NCBI RefSeq assembly: GCF_040882075.1
Contig: NZ_JBBEBZ010000171.1
Coordinates: 6,540-70,539, forward strand
From: Nitriliruptor sp.
Lineage (GTDB): Bacteria > Actinomycetota > Nitriliruptoria > Nitriliruptorales > Nitriliruptoraceae
Reading direction: 5' to 3'
Length of the DNA: 64,000 nt
Position 1 is the stretch's first letter, and every line of letters begins with the position of its first letter. Under the pieces are notes generated by a model. The model did no database searches. It worked only from the letters and a program-made list of their open reading frames with translations, and was not told the DNA's origin. The position numbers and the translations under genes are program-made. Shown piece after piece: positions 61,224-64,000 of the stretch.

Positions 61224-63005
61224 GTGTCCCCCGAGCCTGCTGCCGCGCCCACCTCCCCCGGGCCGATCCGCTACCTCGTCGGTCTCACCGACCGGGTCCA
61301 CCACCTCGTTCGGGTCCGGCTCACCGTCCCCGAGGACCTGGCGCCCGGCGCCCGGCTCGTGTTGTCGGTCTGGACCCCGGGCAGCTACGTGGTCCGCGAC
61401 TACGCCCGGCACGTGCAGTCCATCTCGGCGACGGATGCGGCGGGACGGGAGCTGCCGGTCGCCATGGACAGCCGCACCTCGTGGCGGCTCCCCGACGACG
61501 CCGCGGGTCCGGTCGAGGTGGACTACGAGCTGTACGCCAACGAGCTCACGGTCCGCACCAACCACGTGGACGACCACCACGCGCTGCTCGTCCCCGCCGC
61601 GACGTTCATCACCGTCGAGGACGGCGCCGACCGGCCCCACCACGTCACCATCCCGCCGACCCCGGACGGCCACCAGGTGTGGTCGCTGCTCCCGCCCTCC
61701 GGCGAGCCGCACACGACCGTCGCCGACGGCCGCGACCACCTCATCGACAGCGCGTTCGAGGTGGGCGACCACCCGTCGGTCGACTTCGAGGTGGCCGGCG
61801 TCCCGCACACGTTCGTGTGGGCTGGCCACGGCGGACACCCCGGCCGCGGCCTCGACCGGATCGCGCGCGACGCCGCGGCGATCGGTGGAGCCGCGGTCGC
61901 GCTCTTCGGCGGCGATCTACCGACCGAGCGCTACACCTTCCTGTGCACCGGCTGGGACACCGGCGGTGGCGGGCTCGAGCACCGCGATGGTGCCGTGCTC
62001 CTGATCCCGGTCCGCGTCTTCACCGACGACGAGCTGTACACCCGGTTCCAGGCGCTCGTCGCGCACGAGTACCTGCACCTGTGGAACGTCAAGCGGCTGG
62101 TCCCCGCAGCGCTCGTGCGGCCCGACCACGAAGGACCGACCCACTCCCCCTCGCTGTGGGTCGCCGAGGGCTGGACCGCCTACTACGACGAGCTGCTGCC
62201 GACCCGCGCAGGGGTGTGGACGCCGCGCCGGTACCTCGACTCGGTCCGCGACACCTACCAGCAGGTCCTCGACACCCCGGGCGCCCACCGGCAGGCCCTC
62301 CGGCAGGCGTCGTTCGAGGCGTGGACCAAGCACTACGTCCGCGACGAGAACACCCCGAACGTGACCACCGACTACTACGCCCACGGTGCGCTCGTGGCCG
62401 CGGAGCTGGACCTGCGACTGCGCGACGCCGACCCCTCCGGTGACGGCCTCGACGAGGTCCTCCGCCTGCTCTGGGAACGGCACGCCGGCTCGCCGGACGG
62501 CTACTTCGAAGCCCACGTCCTCGGCGCGATCCGCGAGGTGTGCGGTGACGACCTGGCCGCGTTGGCGGACGCGCGGGTGGGCGCACCCGGCCTCCCCGAT
62601 CTCGAGGACGAGGTCGTCGCAGCGGTCGGCCTGCGCTGGAAGGTCGACGACGGTCCGACGGCGCCCGACCTCGGGGTCGTGACGACCGAGACGGACACCG
62701 GGATCACGCTCGCCACCGTGCTACGCGACCGCCCCGCGTGGCGAGCCGGCCTCACCGGGGGTGACGAGCTGGTCGCGATCGCCGGCCAGCGGGTCGAGCG
62801 CGGGCAGCTGACCGCCGCGCTCCGCGGGTACGACGCCGGCGACCGCGTCGAGGTGAGCGTCCTCCGCGGCCCCCGGCTGCTGACGCTGCCCGTCACGCTC
62901 GGCCAGCCACGACCAGGTCGCCAGCTCGTCGCTCGGGAGGACCCGACGGGGCAGCAGCGCCACGCGTTCCGGCGCTGGACCGGCCGCGAGCTCACCGACC
63001 TCTGA
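61224..63005 (+). CDS. M61 glycyl aminopeptidase with PDZ domain
   Basis: WTPGSY, GGGLEH, HEYLHLW zinc motif, LWVAEGWTAYY, C-terminal PDZ. Confidence 0.93.
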   Translation: MSPEPAAAPTSPGPIRYLVGLTDRVHHLVRVRLTVPEDLAPGARLVLSVWTPGSYVVRDYARHVQSISATDAAGRELPVAMDSRTSWRLPDDAAGPVEVDYELYANELTVRTNHVDDHHALLVPAATFITVEDGADRPHHVTIPPTPDGHQVWSLLPPSGEPHTTVADGRDHLIDSAFEVGDHPSVDFEVAGVPHTFVWAGHGGHPGRGLDRIARDAAAIGGAAVALFGGDLPTERYTFLCTGWDTGGGGLEHRDGAVLLIPVRVFTDDELYTRFQALVAHEYLHLWNVKRLVPAALVRPDHEGPTHSPSLWVAEGWTAYYDELLPTRAGVWTPRRYLDSVRDTYQQVLDTPGAHRQALRQASFEAWTKHYVRDENTPNVTTDYYAHGALVAAELDLRLRDADPSGDGLDEVLRLLWERHAGSPDGYFEAHVLGAIREVCGDDLAALADARVGAPGLPDLEDEVVAAVGLRWKVDDGPTAPDLGVVTTETDTGITLATVLRDRPAWRAGLTGGDELVAIAGQRVERGQLTAALRGYDAGDRVEVSVLRGPRLLTLPVTLGQPRPGRQLVAREDPTGQQRHAFRRWTGRELTDL

Positions 63006-63015
63006 CCGGATCGCG

Positions 63016-63390
63016 TCAGAGCTGGTCGCGGAGCTGCTCGAGGCGGTGACGGACGTCAGCGAGCCGAGCGGCGGCCCGTTCGACCTCGACCGCCGTGGTC
63101 GCCGGGTCGGCGAGACGGTCGCCGAGCACCTCGACCTCGAGGGCGAGCAGCTCGACCTCGGTCCGCACCTGCCCGACGGCGTCGACGTCGGCGAGGGGCC
63201 GCGCGAGGACCGCCTCGGTGAGCACCTTCAGAGCGCGATCGTCGCGGTGCAGCAGCTCGCGCGGGACCCCGGCCCGAGCGAGCAGCTGGTCGAGGTCCGG
63301 CAGCGCCCGGTGCACCGGCAGCGCGAGCAGCACGTCCTCGAGCCGGCTCACGGCCGCATCGAGGTCGAGCTCCCGCTCCTGCTCCGCCAC
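63016..63390 (-). CDS. Hypothetical helical protein
   Basis: GGGAGG RBS, GC3-biased codons. Confidence 0.65.
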   Translation of the reverse strand: MAEQERELDLDAAVSRLEDVLLALPVHRALPDLDQLLARAGVPRELLHRDDRALKVLTEAVLARPLADVDAVGQVRTEVELLALEVEVLGDRLADPATTAVEVERAAARLADVRHRLEQLRDQL

Positions 63391-63479
63391 CTCGGACCCT
63401 CCCGGCAGACCACGAGCGTACCCCTGCGCCCAGCTCGAACGTCGGCCACACTGCGCTCCCCCGAGCACGAGGCAGCCGC

Positions 63480-63797
63480 GTGGACGACGTCCCCACCCCG
63501 ACCGAGCTGCGCGCCGCTGGCCGCGCCGCGACGATCGTCGCCTACGGGACCGGGCTCGCGGGGATCGGCGTCGGGACCTGGCTCCTGCGCCAGGACGAGC
63601 TCGTGCTGGCGGTCCTGATCTGGGTGGTGACCTTCGGCGTCGGGACCTGCTTGATCGGGGTGGCCACGCTGGTGCGCGCCTCGGCCGGCCTCACCGGCCG
63701 GATCGCCAAGCTGGACGCGGACGTCGCCGCGATCCGGCGTGAGCTGCTCCGCGGCGACGACCTCGGCGACGACTGGCGCCACCGCAGCCCGTACTGA
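63480..63797 (+). CDS. Hypothetical 2-TM membrane protein
   Basis: Two TMs plus a short coiled coil. Confidence 0.65.
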   Translation: MDDVPTPTELRAAGRAATIVAYGTGLAGIGVGTWLLRQDELVLAVLIWVVTFGVGTCLIGVATLVRASAGLTGRIAKLDADVAAIRRELLRGDDLGDDWRHRSPY

Positions 63798-63860
63798 CCC
63801 CGGCGTCCGCGCCGTGACCGGGACGGACACCGCGGGTCGGCCGGGTCAGGTTCGGACGGG

Positions 63861-64000
63861 TCAGGCTCGGCCGAGCCGCTCCGACAGGTACCCCACGAGC
63901 CGGTCGATCGACACGCGGTCCTGCGCCATGGTGTCGCGGTCCCGGACGGTGACGGCACGGTCCTCGATGGTGTCGAAGTCGACCGTCACGCAGTACGGGG
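63861..64000 (-). CDS. glyQS: Glycine--tRNA ligase, C-terminal anticodon-binding fragment (5' part outside the window)
   Basis: [29 protein letters not shown]; lies upstream of dnaG, as is common in Actinobacteria. Confidence 0.85.
   Translation of the reverse strand, partial: PYCVTVDFDTIEDRAVTVRDRDTMAQDRVSIDRLVGYLSERLGRA

Noticed and set aside
63833-63872. Short GGGTCAGG-TCGG tandem repeat at the glyQS 3' end
   Set aside because: Only two 15-bp imperfect units in GC-rich DNA; no evidence of function.

Overview
Very GC-rich chromosomal segment from an actinobacterium. A deep-branching lineage such as Nitriliruptoria or Acidimicrobiia is my inference from gene content. It holds about 60 CDS: three two-component systems, a SWIM/SNF2 pair, a carboxylate-uptake region with two sodium:solute symporters, typA, F420/LLM oxidoreductases, an Rpf, NfeD/stomatin, dnaG followed by a sigma-70 gene, and the 3' end of glyQS. 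It also has two tRNAs (Ile2/Met-CAT and Asn-GTT) and three gene remnants. The most striking feature is a tightly coupled minus-strand operon (34573-40378): MauE-like, MauD-like thioredoxin, a MauF-like membrane protein with an in-frame TGA at the position of the WSP-C-G cysteine followed by a SECIS-like hairpin (candidate selenoprotein), a hypothetical protein, a Tat-exported 18-Cys MauA-like domain fused to LGFP repeats, an SLH protein and a molybdopterin oxidoreductase. No MauB or MauG is in the operon. Second is a transposase-free 1.26-kb element with terminal inverted repeats and a 10-bp target duplication that carries a VapBC-type module; a cargo-free sibling lies at about 9.1-9.4 kb. Third is a pair of HTH plus LAGLIDADG-like paralogs, one abutting tRNA-Asn and one behind a PafBC-type DNA-damage promoter motif. 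All family assignments come from motif recognition by eye; no searches were run.
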